Shown here in pieces: positions 26,954 through 37,700 of a stretch of 64,000 nucleotides of DNA. The DNA comes from Planctomycetota bacterium (GTDB lineage: Bacteria > Planctomycetota > UBA11346): NCBI GenBank assembly GCA_038231435.1, contig JBBRLJ010000011.1, forward strand, positions 1 through 64,000. Direction: 5' to 3'. The position numbers and the translations under genes are program-made. The notes under the pieces are model-generated. The model did not search any database. It was not told where the DNA came from and was given only the letters and a program-made list of their open reading frames with translations. How positions within the stretch are numbered: the stretch's first letter is position 1; every line of letters starts with the position of its first letter.

Positions 26954-29431
26954 TCAGGGGCGGACGAACACGACTTGGTCGATTCCCGGCGATTCGACCC
27001 GCTTAGTCGTGCCGTCGGCCCAACATACCTCTACGGCATCGACATGATCGCGTGAGCCCAGGCCGAAATGCTTGTCGGTGGCGTGTTGGCAGCGGTACGA
27101 ATCGCCCGAGACGATCACCGCGACCTGCGTGGACGTGCCGGCGGTGACGGTGATGCGGGCCCCCATCGGCGAATGTCCTGGTTCATCCTGCAGGCGCACC
27201 CCCAGCCAATGGTTAACGCGCGACATGTGGTTGACGGCCAAGTGCAACACGGGGTGCAACGGCAGATACGGATGGGTCCCCATGCGCGTCTCGACGAGCA
27301 GTAGGTCAGCCAGACCATCGCCGTCGAAATCCTCGCTCACCGCCTGCCGGCCGTCCCACTCGAAGCCGACGCCCATCGGATAGGCGACATCGCGGAAACC
27401 CTTCGCCGCCGCTCGCGTCTCGTTCATGAGCAGCGCCTTGTGCTCGAATGGATTCCAGGAGTAGCCGGCCAGTCCGTCAGCCTCGCCTTGGAAGAACGCC
27501 GCAACCTGGTCCTTCGCCATCGCCGGGCTGGCATAGATGTCATGCGTCCAGTAGCGCGTGCAGTAATCCTTGGCGGTGGATCTGCTCATGTTGCCGTTGG
27601 TCAGGAAGAGGTCGAGCATCCCTTCGTTGGCGACATCGAGCGCGGTGCAGCCCCACGACCAGCCGGTGCGCGCCACCTGGTCGTTATAGGCAGCCTGACG
27701 GTAGTGGTGGTCAGAGGTGCCCAGCAAGAGCCGGTTGCCGTAGCCCATCTTCATGCGCTCGCGTTGGTGCTCCGGGAAATCCGCGCGCCCGAGCTTCATG
27801 TATTCGAGCCGGCGCGCGGTGGTCGAGCCCATGCCGCTGACGAAGATGTCGAGGATCCCATCGCCATCGACATCGGCGATGACGTGCGACATGCCGAAGG
27901 TAGCGCGTTCGTCGATCATCGCGGCGGTGGTATCGGCGAACCCGCCCTTGCCGTCGTTGCGGAAGAGATCGACTCCCGAGAAGTCGTTCACCGTGACCAG
28001 ATCGGCCTTGCCGTCGCCATCGAGATCGACGATGGAGGCGCTGTAGTTGCGGCGGTTGCGCTTGCCCGCCAGGCCCGCCGACTCGGTGGCGTCGCGGAAG
28101 ATGCCGCCGCCGGCATTCAGCAGCAGGAACGATGGCCAGCCGTCGTCGGCGTCCCAGTACGGCGTAGGCAGGTTCCCGTCCTCATACGGCCTGCGGTACT
28201 GGCCGATCCACAGGTCGAGGTTCCCGTCTCCATCCACGTCGCCGGCGGTCATGCACTCGGGTAGCCGGAATCGTTCCCTCGCCAGACCCGCCAGCGGTAT
28301 GCCCGGGGCGGCGAAGGCGCCTCCGGCGGAGCCGTGGAACAGGCACGGAGGCAGATCCGGTCCGGCGACCACCAGGTCTGGCAGGCCGTCGCCGGTGAAA
28401 TCGCCGATGACGCCAGCGGTGATGTAGGGCCGTGGATCGTTAGAGTTGGCATTGAGCGGAACGGCGCACAGCGGGCGCCGCTCGAAGGCGATCTCGCCGG
28501 GACGGCTGCGATTGAGCAGCAGCGCATTGATGCTCGGCAGGGCGATGTCTGGGGCTCCGTCGCGATCCACGTCGTAGACCAGTACCGGATCGATGGTGCT
28601 ATCGGCATCGGCGCCCAGCTCCGCTGGGGATCTGGTCCAGGCGTCGACGAAGGCATCGTCGCCGATCCGCTCGGTGAGGCTCAGCTGGGTGGCGTCGATC
28701 GCGTCCGCCACATGATGGACTGGGAGGCTGCCCGTAACCCGTCGTCCGTCGTCCGTCGTCGGAAGCACGCCATCGGCGTCGATTCTTCCACCCCAGGTGA
28801 TCTTGATCACGCCGTGGACGACGAGTCGGCGGTGCTGGACGGGATGGGTGATGAACAGCTTCATCGACACCGTGGACCGTGCCGTGCCATCCGGGTCGAG
28901 ATCGAAAGTGGCGTGGTGCCACTCGCAGTGCTCGAGCCGGTATCCATCGGCGACGGCCTTGTCGACCACGTCCCGCCATGCGGTCTGATCGAGCGTGGCG
29001 GGCGCTCCGGCCATGGCGGTCACCGTAATGCCCCAGGAGTGGGCTGAGGTCTCGGCGAATGGCCTGATCGCGAGACTGGTGAACGCGAACGAGGCGAGGT
29101 CCTCGTGCTGGCGTTCGCCGTGGGCGCGCATGGCGTCCCACAGGGCCACGAAGGTCTGCTCGTACTCCTGGGCCAGCACCTCCTTGCCCCACACGGTCTG
29201 GTCGAGGCGTTGGCGTTCCGCGCGCATCTCGGCGGCGGTACGTGGCGCCTTGGGCTGCGCCGCTGGCGGTGCGGGCTGACGCTCTGCGCCGCTCGGCGCC
29301 GTTGGCGCCTGGGATGGCGATCGCATATCGCCGTGGGCGATCCAGAAAGCGGCGACGATGATGCAGGCGGCGACCGCGAGGATGCCAACGACCGCAACGA
29401 TGACCGTCCGGCCCGGTGCCTGATCAATCAT
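26954..29431 (-). CDS. CRTAC1-like FG-GAP / ASPIC-UnbV protein
   Basis: Close paralog of 12302-14731 (RLDQTVW-KEV-AQEYE, GMGSTTARRLEYMKLGR, GDSYRCQH). Confidence 0.9.
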   Translation of the reverse strand: MIDQAPGRTVIVAVVGILAVAACIIVAAFWIAHGDMRSPSQAPTAPSGAERQPAPPAAQPKAPRTAAEMRAERQRLDQTVWGKEVLAQEYEQTFVALWDAMRAHGERQHEDLASFAFTSLAIRPFAETSAHSWGITVTAMAGAPATLDQTAWRDVVDKAVADGYRLEHCEWHHATFDLDPDGTARSTVSMKLFITHPVQHRRLVVHGVIKITWGGRIDADGVLPTTDDGRRVTGSLPVHHVADAIDATQLSLTERIGDDAFVDAWTRSPAELGADADSTIDPVLVYDVDRDGAPDIALPSINALLLNRSRPGEIAFERRPLCAVPLNANSNDPRPYITAGVIGDFTGDGLPDLVVAGPDLPPCLFHGSAGGAFAAPGIPLAGLARERFRLPECMTAGDVDGDGNLDLWIGQYRRPYEDGNLPTPYWDADDGWPSFLLLNAGGGIFRDATESAGLAGKRNRRNYSASIVDLDGDGKADLVTVNDFSGVDLFRNDGKGGFADTTAAMIDERATFGMSHVIADVDGDGILDIFVSGMGSTTARRLEYMKLGRADFPEHQRERMKMGYGNRLLLGTSDHHYRQAAYNDQVARTGWSWGCTALDVANEGMLDLFLTNGNMSRSTAKDYCTRYWTHDIYASPAMAKDQVAAFFQGEADGLAGYSWNPFEHKALLMNETRAAAKGFRDVAYPMGVGFEWDGRQAVSEDFDGDGLADLLLVETRMGTHPYLPLHPVLHLAVNHMSRVNHWLGVRLQDEPGHSPMGARITVTAGTSTQVAVIVSGDSYRCQHATDKHFGLGSRDHVDAVEVCWADGTTKRVESPGIDQVVFVRP

Positions 29432-32400
29432 CTTTCGTCCCGGCCTTCGCCCCATCCTCCTCGACGACGTCGATGATGGCTCCGGCCTTCAGCGGTCCCC
29501 GCACGCGTTGCTCGTGGTTCCCCGGCCACACCACGGTGAGCTCTGGTGCGCTCGCGCTGGCGCCGAGTCCGAAGGTCAGCGTGGTCTCGTCCTGAGAAAG
29601 GTAGTTGGCGCCGCAGTTCACCTGCTTGGCGGAACTCGCGCCGCCGTCGCGCGCCAGCCGAACCACCGCGCCGATGCCGAAACGATTGCTGCGCGTCCCC
29701 CGCAGCCTGACCTTCACGTAATGGTTGTCGTTTGCGCAGGCGTTCGCCAGCAGCCGCGGCCGAGCGCCGTAGTCGTTCACGATCACATCGATGCGCCCGC
29801 TGCCGGTGAGGTCGGCGGCGGCGGCACCGCGGCTGTTGCCAACATAGGATTCGGGACCCGAGGCGTCCGCGAGATAGAAGCGCCCGCCGTCACGGACGAA
29901 GAACTGGTTCGCCTGATTCGCAGCGGGAGTGTCGGCGACCCAACCGTTGGTGAGGTACATGTCCTCGTCGCCGTCGTTGTCCACGTCGAGGAAGTTCCCG
30001 CTCCACGACCATCCCCGGTCGCCCGGCTCGACCATGCGCTCGTCGACCGACACGAAACGCCGGCCATGGTCGTTGTGGAAGAGCTTGTTGCCCGAGATGT
30101 AGAAAGTCGAGGCGAGGATGCGCTTATTGATGGTGATCTGGGAATCGGCCTGGGGAAAGACCCAGCCGAGGGACTTGGAGAACATATCGATCTGGGTGAT
30201 GTAGAGGTCCATCCAGCCGTCGTCGTCGAGGTCCACGACGCTTGCGTTCATCGAACTGCCGCGGTCGTCCACGCCGAAGGAGCGGGCGCGATCGACGAAG
30301 GTGCCGTCGCCCTGATTGATGAACAGCTCGCAGCGGCCGTAGTCATTGGCCACGAACAGATCCATCCGCCCGTCATGATCGACGTCGATCGCCGCACTCG
30401 CCAGCGTCCAGCCGGTGCTGCCCACGCCAGCCCGGTCGGTGACGTCCGCGAAGCGGCCGCCGCCGAGATTGTGGAAGAGGCGGTTCTTCCCGCCATTGCG
30501 CCCATCAAGCGACGGATTGATCACGCCGTAATGGCCGACGTAGCAATCGAGCAGGCCGTCGTCGTCATAGTCGAAGAACACCGCGTCGTGGGCCGCCTCC
30601 CCGGTGGCGATCCCGCAGCTGGCGGTGACGTCGGTGAAGCGCCCATCCGCTTCCTGGTGGAACAAGCGCGAGGGTTTCTCGGAATGGACGACGAACAGGT
30701 CGAGTCGCCCATCGTTGTCGTAGTCGACGAATAGGGCGTGGTGCGCGTCCAGGACTCCCTCATCGGCGATTCCCCGTGCGGCGGTGACATCCTCGAAGCG
30801 GCGCCCGCCGAGATTGCGTAGCAATCGGTTGCCTCCATCGCCAGGCAGGAAGAGGTCGGGCAGGCCGTCGCCATCGAAGTCGCCGACGGCGACTCCCGAC
30901 CCGGTGAGGGTGATGGCCTGCACCACGCGCTTCTCACTGCCTTTCGCGCCGAATCCCTCGCGCGCAACGGCCGCGACCGCCGGCAGCCCGCTGGCGTCGC
31001 TCGCATCGGTGAAGAGATGGCCCGGATACGTGGCAAGCACGCGCGACTTCCCGGCGATCTCGGCGGCGGCCCAGGCGGCGTTCTCGCGCGGCGGGACCGC
31101 GAACTGGACGTCCATCAGCATGTTGTTGCAGATCTTCTCGGTGATCCTCGGCCGCAGCTGGCGCACCGCGGCTTCGTCGGCGGTGCGGATGAACAGCAGC
31201 GCGAGCTCGGACATGCGGTCGGCGAGCAGTTCGAGCGCGAACGGATCAGCGGGGCGAGCCTCGGAGGATTTCCACGCCGATTCGATCAGGCTCCAGTGCA
31301 GCGTGGTGTCACGCAGGGCGTCGAGCTCCCAATCGAGCAGCTGCATGCGTTCATGGCGGATGGCGACAGGCACGCCTGGATTGCCCATGATCTCGATGGT
31401 GACGTCGCCATTGGCGGCGATCGAGCGCGGGAAGAGGTTCTCGAGGGCGTTCGCCGCCCACGCCAGGTCGATGTACGGCCTGCGCTCGGCGAACGGCGGA
31501 GGTTGGTGCAGGATTTGGCCATTCACCGGTGTCCAGAAGGCATTGTGCTGCATCGGCGCAACGCCACGCGCCAGGTAGTCGACGTAATGAACGAGTTTGG
31601 CCTCAATCGCTGCAAACGATTCGCGATCGAAACCGACCTTGGTCATGCGGTTGACCAGCTCCATCTGGCGCTGCTCCGGGTCGGTAGCGTCGCTCCACAC
31701 CTTCGCATTCCAGGAGCGCAGCGCGGCGATCTTGCCGGCGATGGCGCGGCGCGTGTCAGCGAGCAGCTCGATGTCGGCGACCGGGCCGCGCTCCGACCGC
31801 ACCGCGCCGACCGGAGCGCTGGCGGACGATGGCCCGGCAGCGGCGGCGTCGGCCGTCGGCCCGAGCGTCGCAAGTACGTGTGCGAAGGCCTGGCGCACGT
31901 CCTCGTCATCGATGGCGCGGTGCTCGCGCTCCTGGGCGCTCGTGGCGCAGGCGGTCAGGAAGTCAGTGGTGATGACGGTCGCGACCGCCGCGAGGGATCT
32001 GATGCCGGATTCGCTCAGTGGTTTCAGGTCGACCGCGCGCTGTTCGAACAGGCCAACGCCCTCGATCGCTTCGGCGATGATCGCATGCAGATAGCGTTTG
32101 TTCTCTGTGACGCGGTGGTAATCGCGGTTCATCACCGAGCGCACCGGATCCCCGCCGAACTGCGGATCGACCGCGACCATGAGCGCCACCGCATCGCGCA
32201 ATGCGCTCGGTAGCGGTTCCACGACATCATCGCCCCCGAGGGTGGCATTGGCGGGGGTACGAGCGGAGGCGGATCGCCAGACATCATAGACCAGGGTCTT
32301 GCACGCCTCGATCTTGAGCAATGCGATCGGATCGGGCACCTGCCTGCCGGTAAAGTGCGCGTCCATCATGCGCACGGTCGTCCAGCAGGTGGCATCCTTG

Positions 32401-32582
32401 CCGGATTCCTGGCTGATCGTCTCTGCCTGCAGCGTCTGCAGGGTGCGCTTCAGCCGATCGGCAGAGGGAGAGCGTACCGAGGAAGCATCCGGACCTGCCA
32501 GGCGGGGGGGCGAGCGCGTCGCGACCGCCAACGCGATGGCGACCACGGCCAGCGCCACGACCGCCAGGATGACTCGACTCAT
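29424..32582 (-). CDS. Exported protein: helical N-terminal half fused to FG-GAP / ASPIC-UnbV, 1052 aa
   Basis: Signal anchor; DFDGDGLPD, DYDNDGRLD, GWSWSG, NYLSQ...FGLG; N-terminal half has histone-fold-like segments. Confidence 0.9.
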   Translation of the reverse strand: MSRVILAVVALAVVAIALAVATRSPPRLAGPDASSVRSPSADRLKRTLQTLQAETISQESGKDATCWTTVRMMDAHFTGRQVPDPIALLKIEACKTLVYDVWRSASARTPANATLGGDDVVEPLPSALRDAVALMVAVDPQFGGDPVRSVMNRDYHRVTENKRYLHAIIAEAIEGVGLFEQRAVDLKPLSESGIRSLAAVATVITTDFLTACATSAQEREHRAIDDEDVRQAFAHVLATLGPTADAAAAGPSSASAPVGAVRSERGPVADIELLADTRRAIAGKIAALRSWNAKVWSDATDPEQRQMELVNRMTKVGFDRESFAAIEAKLVHYVDYLARGVAPMQHNAFWTPVNGQILHQPPPFAERRPYIDLAWAANALENLFPRSIAANGDVTIEIMGNPGVPVAIRHERMQLLDWELDALRDTTLHWSLIESAWKSSEARPADPFALELLADRMSELALLFIRTADEAAVRQLRPRITEKICNNMLMDVQFAVPPRENAAWAAAEIAGKSRVLATYPGHLFTDASDASGLPAVAAVAREGFGAKGSEKRVVQAITLTGSGVAVGDFDGDGLPDLFLPGDGGNRLLRNLGGRRFEDVTAARGIADEGVLDAHHALFVDYDNDGRLDLFVVHSEKPSRLFHQEADGRFTDVTASCGIATGEAAHDAVFFDYDDDGLLDCYVGHYGVINPSLDGRNGGKNRLFHNLGGGRFADVTDRAGVGSTGWTLASAAIDVDHDGRMDLFVANDYGRCELFINQGDGTFVDRARSFGVDDRGSSMNASVVDLDDDGWMDLYITQIDMFSKSLGWVFPQADSQITINKRILASTFYISGNKLFHNDHGRRFVSVDERMVEPGDRGWSWSGNFLDVDNDGDEDMYLTNGWVADTPAANQANQFFVRDGGRFYLADASGPESYVGNSRGAAAADLTGSGRIDVIVNDYGARPRLLANACANDNHYVKVRLRGTRSNRFGIGAVVRLARDGGASSAKQVNCGANYLSQDETTLTFGLGASASAPELTVVWPGNHEQRVRGPLKAGAIIDVVEEDGAKAGTKDD

Positions 32583-32908
32583 GGGATGCTCGAGCGCGGA
32601 TAGTGCCTCGGTGCGTGCGTAGACTTCGACACGGCCCCACCGCCGTGGTGACCGACGACGGAGGAACGCGCGCGTCTGGTCACGAACCGCATCGCCGTCA
32701 CTGTTGAACCGCTCGGTTCGCTGTCCATCGTGAGATGGGCATCGAGCCCGGTCCTGTCATGCCAACCTGCACGGCGTGTTTCACATCCTTCGTCGAGCCG
32801 CGACGCGAGGGGATGCCGAGGTTGCGCGGGGCATGGATGATCGCTGGCGTCGGGCACCCCGGCTACGCCCGACCGCTGCTGATCGTCCGTACCTCGGGGA
32901 AGGATCTC

Positions 32909-33550
32909 ATGAGACATGCCTGCTCGCTCGGAGCCATCGCACTCGGAGTGCTGCTGCTGTCGGTGACGGCCTGCGGCAGCAAGCCGGCCCCTGCGGTAGC
33001 GACGACGACATCCTCCACCGACCTGCCGGCTCGGGCCCCTTCGGCGCCACCGGCTCCAAACGGGCCCGAGGCCCAGAAGGCGGCGATCGAACATGCGATC
33101 GCCTTCGCGCAGAGCAAATACTCGGGAAAATTGAACTTTTCAGACCCCGTGGCGGTGTTCGAGCCTGCGCCTCCAGCCAGCACGGCCACCACCGCTCCGC
33201 CGCCGATGCCGCCACGCGGCTCCAGCAATCCCAGCCTCGCGCCCTCACCGCCTCCGACCGCGGCCGAACTCGAGGCGATGGGATTGAAACCTCCGACCGG
33301 ATACGATCCTGCCAAGGCGCCTCCACCCGTCGGCGGGCTCGCACCGCCAGTCCAGCCGGCACCGCGCACGGATCCGAAGAGCTATTGGCGGGTGATGTTC
33401 CGCCTGATCGCCCCGGCCAGCAGCGATTCCGGAACCCCTCCCATGACCACTCGCGTGTTCGCCGTCTATCCGAGCGGGAAGGTGGTCGAGCTGGAGCCGC
33501 TGTCGATCCCGGTGAACGTCCGGATCGGCGTGCATCCTCCGACCCCCTGA
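32909..33550 (+). CDS. Pro-rich lipoprotein
   Basis: AAGGA RBS; lipobox VTA|C; paralog of 21887-22381. Confidence 0.8.
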   Translation: MRHACSLGAIALGVLLLSVTACGSKPAPAVATTTSSTDLPARAPSAPPAPNGPEAQKAAIEHAIAFAQSKYSGKLNFSDPVAVFEPAPPASTATTAPPPMPPRGSSNPSLAPSPPPTAAELEAMGLKPPTGYDPAKAPPPVGGLAPPVQPAPRTDPKSYWRVMFRLIAPASSDSGTPPMTTRVFAVYPSGKVVELEPLSIPVNVRIGVHPPTP

Positions 33551-33695
33551 AGCCGTCCAGATCGCGCGCCGCCGCCTGCAACCCTGCGCTCCTGCGAATG
33601 CCATCCGAGCCCGCGGTCACCGCGCGACGAAAGGGGTGTGACGAACTGGCGTCGGCCACCCGCCGATCTCCTTGGCTGGCGCGAGACGCGGTATA

Positions 33696-33739
33696 TGATT
33701 GGAGCCGCTCATATCGCTTGATCGGAGCCGCTCATATCG
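33696..33739. repeat. 21-bp tandem direct repeat (period 23) upstream of cassette B
   Basis: TGAT(T/C)GGAGCCGCTCATATCG x2, one mismatch. Confidence 0.85.
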
Positions 33740-33900
33740 ACGGGCCCCCTGCGCGGCGTGACGGAACATTCGCCGTTCGTTCATCGCCGTCAGAGGATGT
33801 TCCATCCCATGCACTTACGTGAACGCGTCCAGGGACGGGCAGGGACTGCCCCGAGTGCGGCGAGAGTCCGCTCGAGGCACCTGGGGAACTCAACGTTAAT

Positions 33901-33938
33901 ACGATTCAGCGCCGTCCGGTTGTCATTTGCTGAATCGT
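33901..33938. promoter_or_regulatory. 10-bp perfect inverted repeat just upstream of cassette B
   Basis: ACGATTCAGC-N18-GCTGAATCGT, ending 17 nt before the ATG at 33956. Confidence 0.5.
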
Positions 33939-33955
33939 CTCAATCTGGGGCAAGC

Positions 33956-34687
33956 ATGCGGCAGCGAAGCGACGATCGGATCCCACCACCACCCCTCGCC
34001 CTCCCCGGGACGCATCGCCGGGGATTCACCGCCATCGAACTGCTCATCGTCATCGGCCTGATGCTCATCCTCATGGCCGTGGCGGTGCCTTCGGTGATCC
34101 CGGCCCTGCGCAAGGGAGCACTCAACAACGCGGCGACCGACATCACCTCGTGCTGGCGCCAGGCCCGCTACCTGGCGATGACGACCGCCATACCGAGCGG
34201 AATCAATCCCCCGCACTTCGGCATGATCATCCGCCAGGTCGCGGGCACCCGTCCTTACGTCGCCCTCATCTACGACAATGTCGACGCCTCGGGTCCGCCG
34301 AAACTCCTCACCACCGGAGAGGACCCCGACGATGTGACCACCTACGACTCGTCCAAGCCGCCGGTCGTGCAGTCCATCTTCAACCGCAATGTCATCGTCG
34401 CGAGCGCGGCACCCTCCGGTACCGTCGACACCAGCGACCGCACCATCGTCGTCTACGCGCAATACCAGACAGGCCTGCCGATCGCGCCGGCGGACGTGGT
34501 CGCGGGCCGCGGGATGGTCGCGGCGCCGACCAGTCTCGGCGTCTCGGCACCGTCGGCGAGCGCGTCCACGGTGTGCCCGGTCCTGAATCTGCAGACCCTG
34601 GATTATACCCAGGGCCTGCGAGGATACTGCCTCGGCCTCTCGTTGTATCATGCCGGCGCCATCGCGACCCGGTCCGTCCAGGAGTAG
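33956..34687 (+). CDS. GspH/FimT-like prepilin protein B1, 243 aa
   Basis: RRG|FTAIELLIVIGLM; paralog of A2 (PPHFG, FNRNV, YAQY-TGLPI, SLYHAG). Confidence 0.9.
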   Translation: MRQRSDDRIPPPPLALPGTHRRGFTAIELLIVIGLMLILMAVAVPSVIPALRKGALNNAATDITSCWRQARYLAMTTAIPSGINPPHFGMIIRQVAGTRPYVALIYDNVDASGPPKLLTTGEDPDDVTTYDSSKPPVVQSIFNRNVIVASAAPSGTVDTSDRTIVVYAQYQTGLPIAPADVVAGRGMVAAPTSLGVSAPSASASTVCPVLNLQTLDYTQGLRGYCLGLSLYHAGAIATRSVQE

Positions 34688-34712
34688 CGGCATGCACGGC
34701 GCGAGGATACGG

Positions 34713-37700
34713 ATGTCGCGTGGATTCACGCTCTTCGAGGTGATGATCAGTCTGCTGATCCTCACCGTCGCGATCCTGTCGACGCTGGCCCTGCTGCCGG
34801 TTGGGCTCAAGGCGCTGCAGCTGTCGCGCAGCCAGATGTTCGCGGCCGCGACCGCGATCAATCTGGGCAACAGCTTCCACAATGCCGTGCCCAAGCTCGG
34901 TCTCGGCCAGATCAGCCCCACCTACGTCATCCGCGCTGGCGCCCCGGCCAGCACCGTGGCGCCTCCCTCGACCGTCCCCGATTGCGGGTGGGCAGCGCAG
35001 ATGCGCAACAGCATGCTCCAGTCGTCGCCGTACCAGTACAACGCCGAGCAGGATCTCGGCGGCTGGTTCAAGGGCGTATTGCCGGTACCCATCCAGATCG
35101 CCCGTCGCCTCGACTCGACCAGCGACGAGATCCAGAACCTGCTCGATCAAGGCGGCATGCTCTGGTATCCGGATCCGAATTTCATGACCGGTCTCAATAG
35201 CGGCGCCGCCCTGGACAAGACCCTGCAGACCATGCCCAGCTCCGAGATCCAGAAGCTGGTGTTCGCCTTCGCCAGCCTGCCGCAGCAGAACCTGCTGACC
35301 TCGCATCCGGTCGAGAGCCTGCCGTGGTACGAGGTCTATCCATTTCCCCCGGCGTGGCTGTCCATGGAGGCGAAGGGCATCGAAGCGCGCAGGCTCGGCG
35401 ACTGCGCCGGACCCATCGGCGTCAAGACCGCGGTGACGGTACGCGGCCGTGGAACGGGCGATTGGACGTGGTGTGGAGGCATGGTGTCCTACGACGACGC
35501 CGGGCACTCGCGCTATGAACCGGTCTATTGGCGCGTGCCCACGCGCGAAGGCGCCGTTTCCGATCCGGTCGGCTGGGGCGCATGGTTCAACAAGGAGAAG
35601 CCGCTCGACGATCCCGCCGCATACAACGTCGGCAGCAACGGCGGCGCGAACGACTGGGACAAGGGCTGGTACCAGGGCTGCGCCTTCCACCACGGCAGGA
35701 ACTGGCGCTATTTCTCGATCAATCAAGGCGGCCTGTGGAAGGGCGGCAACGGCGTCGCCTCGGTCGATCCGTTCTATGCGGCGAACGCCGCGCAGTGGGC
35801 GTACATCTGCTTCCAGCGCCTGTCCGGTGGCGATGCGCAGTGGCTGGGCTGCCCGCGCGCCAACTATACCAGGACCATCAAGGATGATGCCGTGGGCACG
35901 CTCGAAGGAGTGCCGAACGCCTACACCACGATCATCGATCCGATCGACCCCCCACTCGCGGGCGGCGACATCGCTCCCGCCTGGAACAGCACGGTCGTCG
36001 CGGTCCCCCCCCAGAACGCATGGCCTGCGCACACGGCGGCGAAGTTCTGTAGGGCGGGCTGGCTGCCGATTCGTGGCCTGCAGGACAATCCCACCGAGGT
36101 GCGTTTCGACGACACCATGGGCAATTTCTATTTGGCGGATGGCAACCTGAACCAGGGAACCCTGGCGCGCACCATCCAGCCGCAGACCTGCAGACCGACC
36201 GCGACCTACGAGATGCGCGCGAATTACCGCGATCGCGCCATCGATCTCTGGCAGGCCGTGATGCCGTCGAACTCCGGCCTGACGACGCTCACCAAGAACG
36301 TCAACGCGCTCGTCGAGGTGGAAAAAGGCGGAACCATGGTCGATTGCGACAAGTACGAGTATCCGCCACTCGAGCTCAACAAGTTCAAGTTCATGCTGCC
36401 GTCACAGCTCGATGCGAGGGACTGGCCGATCCATCCCGCGCAGGTGATGGCGCTGAGCTACCTGGCGCACGCCGCCATGCTGGTGACCGGCTACAGCGCG
36501 CCGTTCGCGCAGGATCTCACCCAGTCGGCACAGGTGAACTCCATCAAGATCGCCTGGGAAGGGCTGAACTGGACGTACCGGAAGGGGCCGCAGGAGGCGG
36601 CCTTCACCGAAGTCGCGCCCGGGCAGGGCATCACCAAGGACGCCCTGATCGTGGCGGCCGACGCCGCGCCCGGCGCCACCACCATCACCATCAAGAACGA
36701 CACGTCCAATCCCTACGTCCTCTACCCAGGCGACGTCATCACCTTTGCCGAAAGCTACAAGCAATGGTGGTTCCGCTACGGCCTGCCGCAGCGCGGAAAC
36801 GGCGACATCTGGTCGTACCGTGAAGCTGCGACGATGGCCGGCGGCATCTACGACAATCCACCGGTGCTGTTCCCGAACATGAATTACCGGCTGCACACCT
36901 TCCGCGTGGTCTCGTTCAACGGCAATGTCGGCATGCCCAACGAGGTCGGGGGCAATTCCACGGTGAGCATCACCATCACGCCGCCGCTGCCCACTTATCC
37001 AGCGAATCTCAACGACGCGACCGCCAACCCGGTGCTGAACAACGGCGTGTCGGTGTTCGCCGGCAGCCAGATCCGTCGCTTGTGCAACGAGGCAGACCGC
37101 GCATTCGCCCGCAAAGCATACGAGATGTGCATGGCCTGGGCGCAAGCGTACTGCTCGGAAGAGCCCTACGATTGCGGCGCGCCGCGCATGGCCAACCATC
37201 AGACGATGATGGACAAGCCGATCGCCATGTTCGACCTCTTCTGGGATGCGGCCAATGGCGCTGCGAACAGCCCGAACGGCCGCGCCGTGCGCACGCCAAT
37301 GAACTACCAGCAATGGGCAAACAACCCGATGCGGTACAGCACCGAGTCGTTCTACCGATGGATGGTGCCCAACAACAATGTTCCGGATTCCTACTTTTGG
37401 AAGGGCATCGCACCGCTCCAGAATCGCCACGACATCTCGCATAGCGGCCCGACCACCTGGGGCGCTCCGGCCTGGGACATGATGACGCACAACGACCAGC
37501 TCAAGCCGCCCACTGATGGCAACGACCAGCAACGCTTCTGGGCAGTCAAGCCGTTCGCACCGTTTCACCGCTCGCGCCAACTCGCGTTCTGGTCGGTCGA
37601 TTGGAAGGCCTTCGAGGATGCTGAAGTGGTCCCCAGCGCGCCGGTCGACTACGCCAAGCAGAACATGCAGATCTACAATTACTGGTATCTGTTTCCCAAT

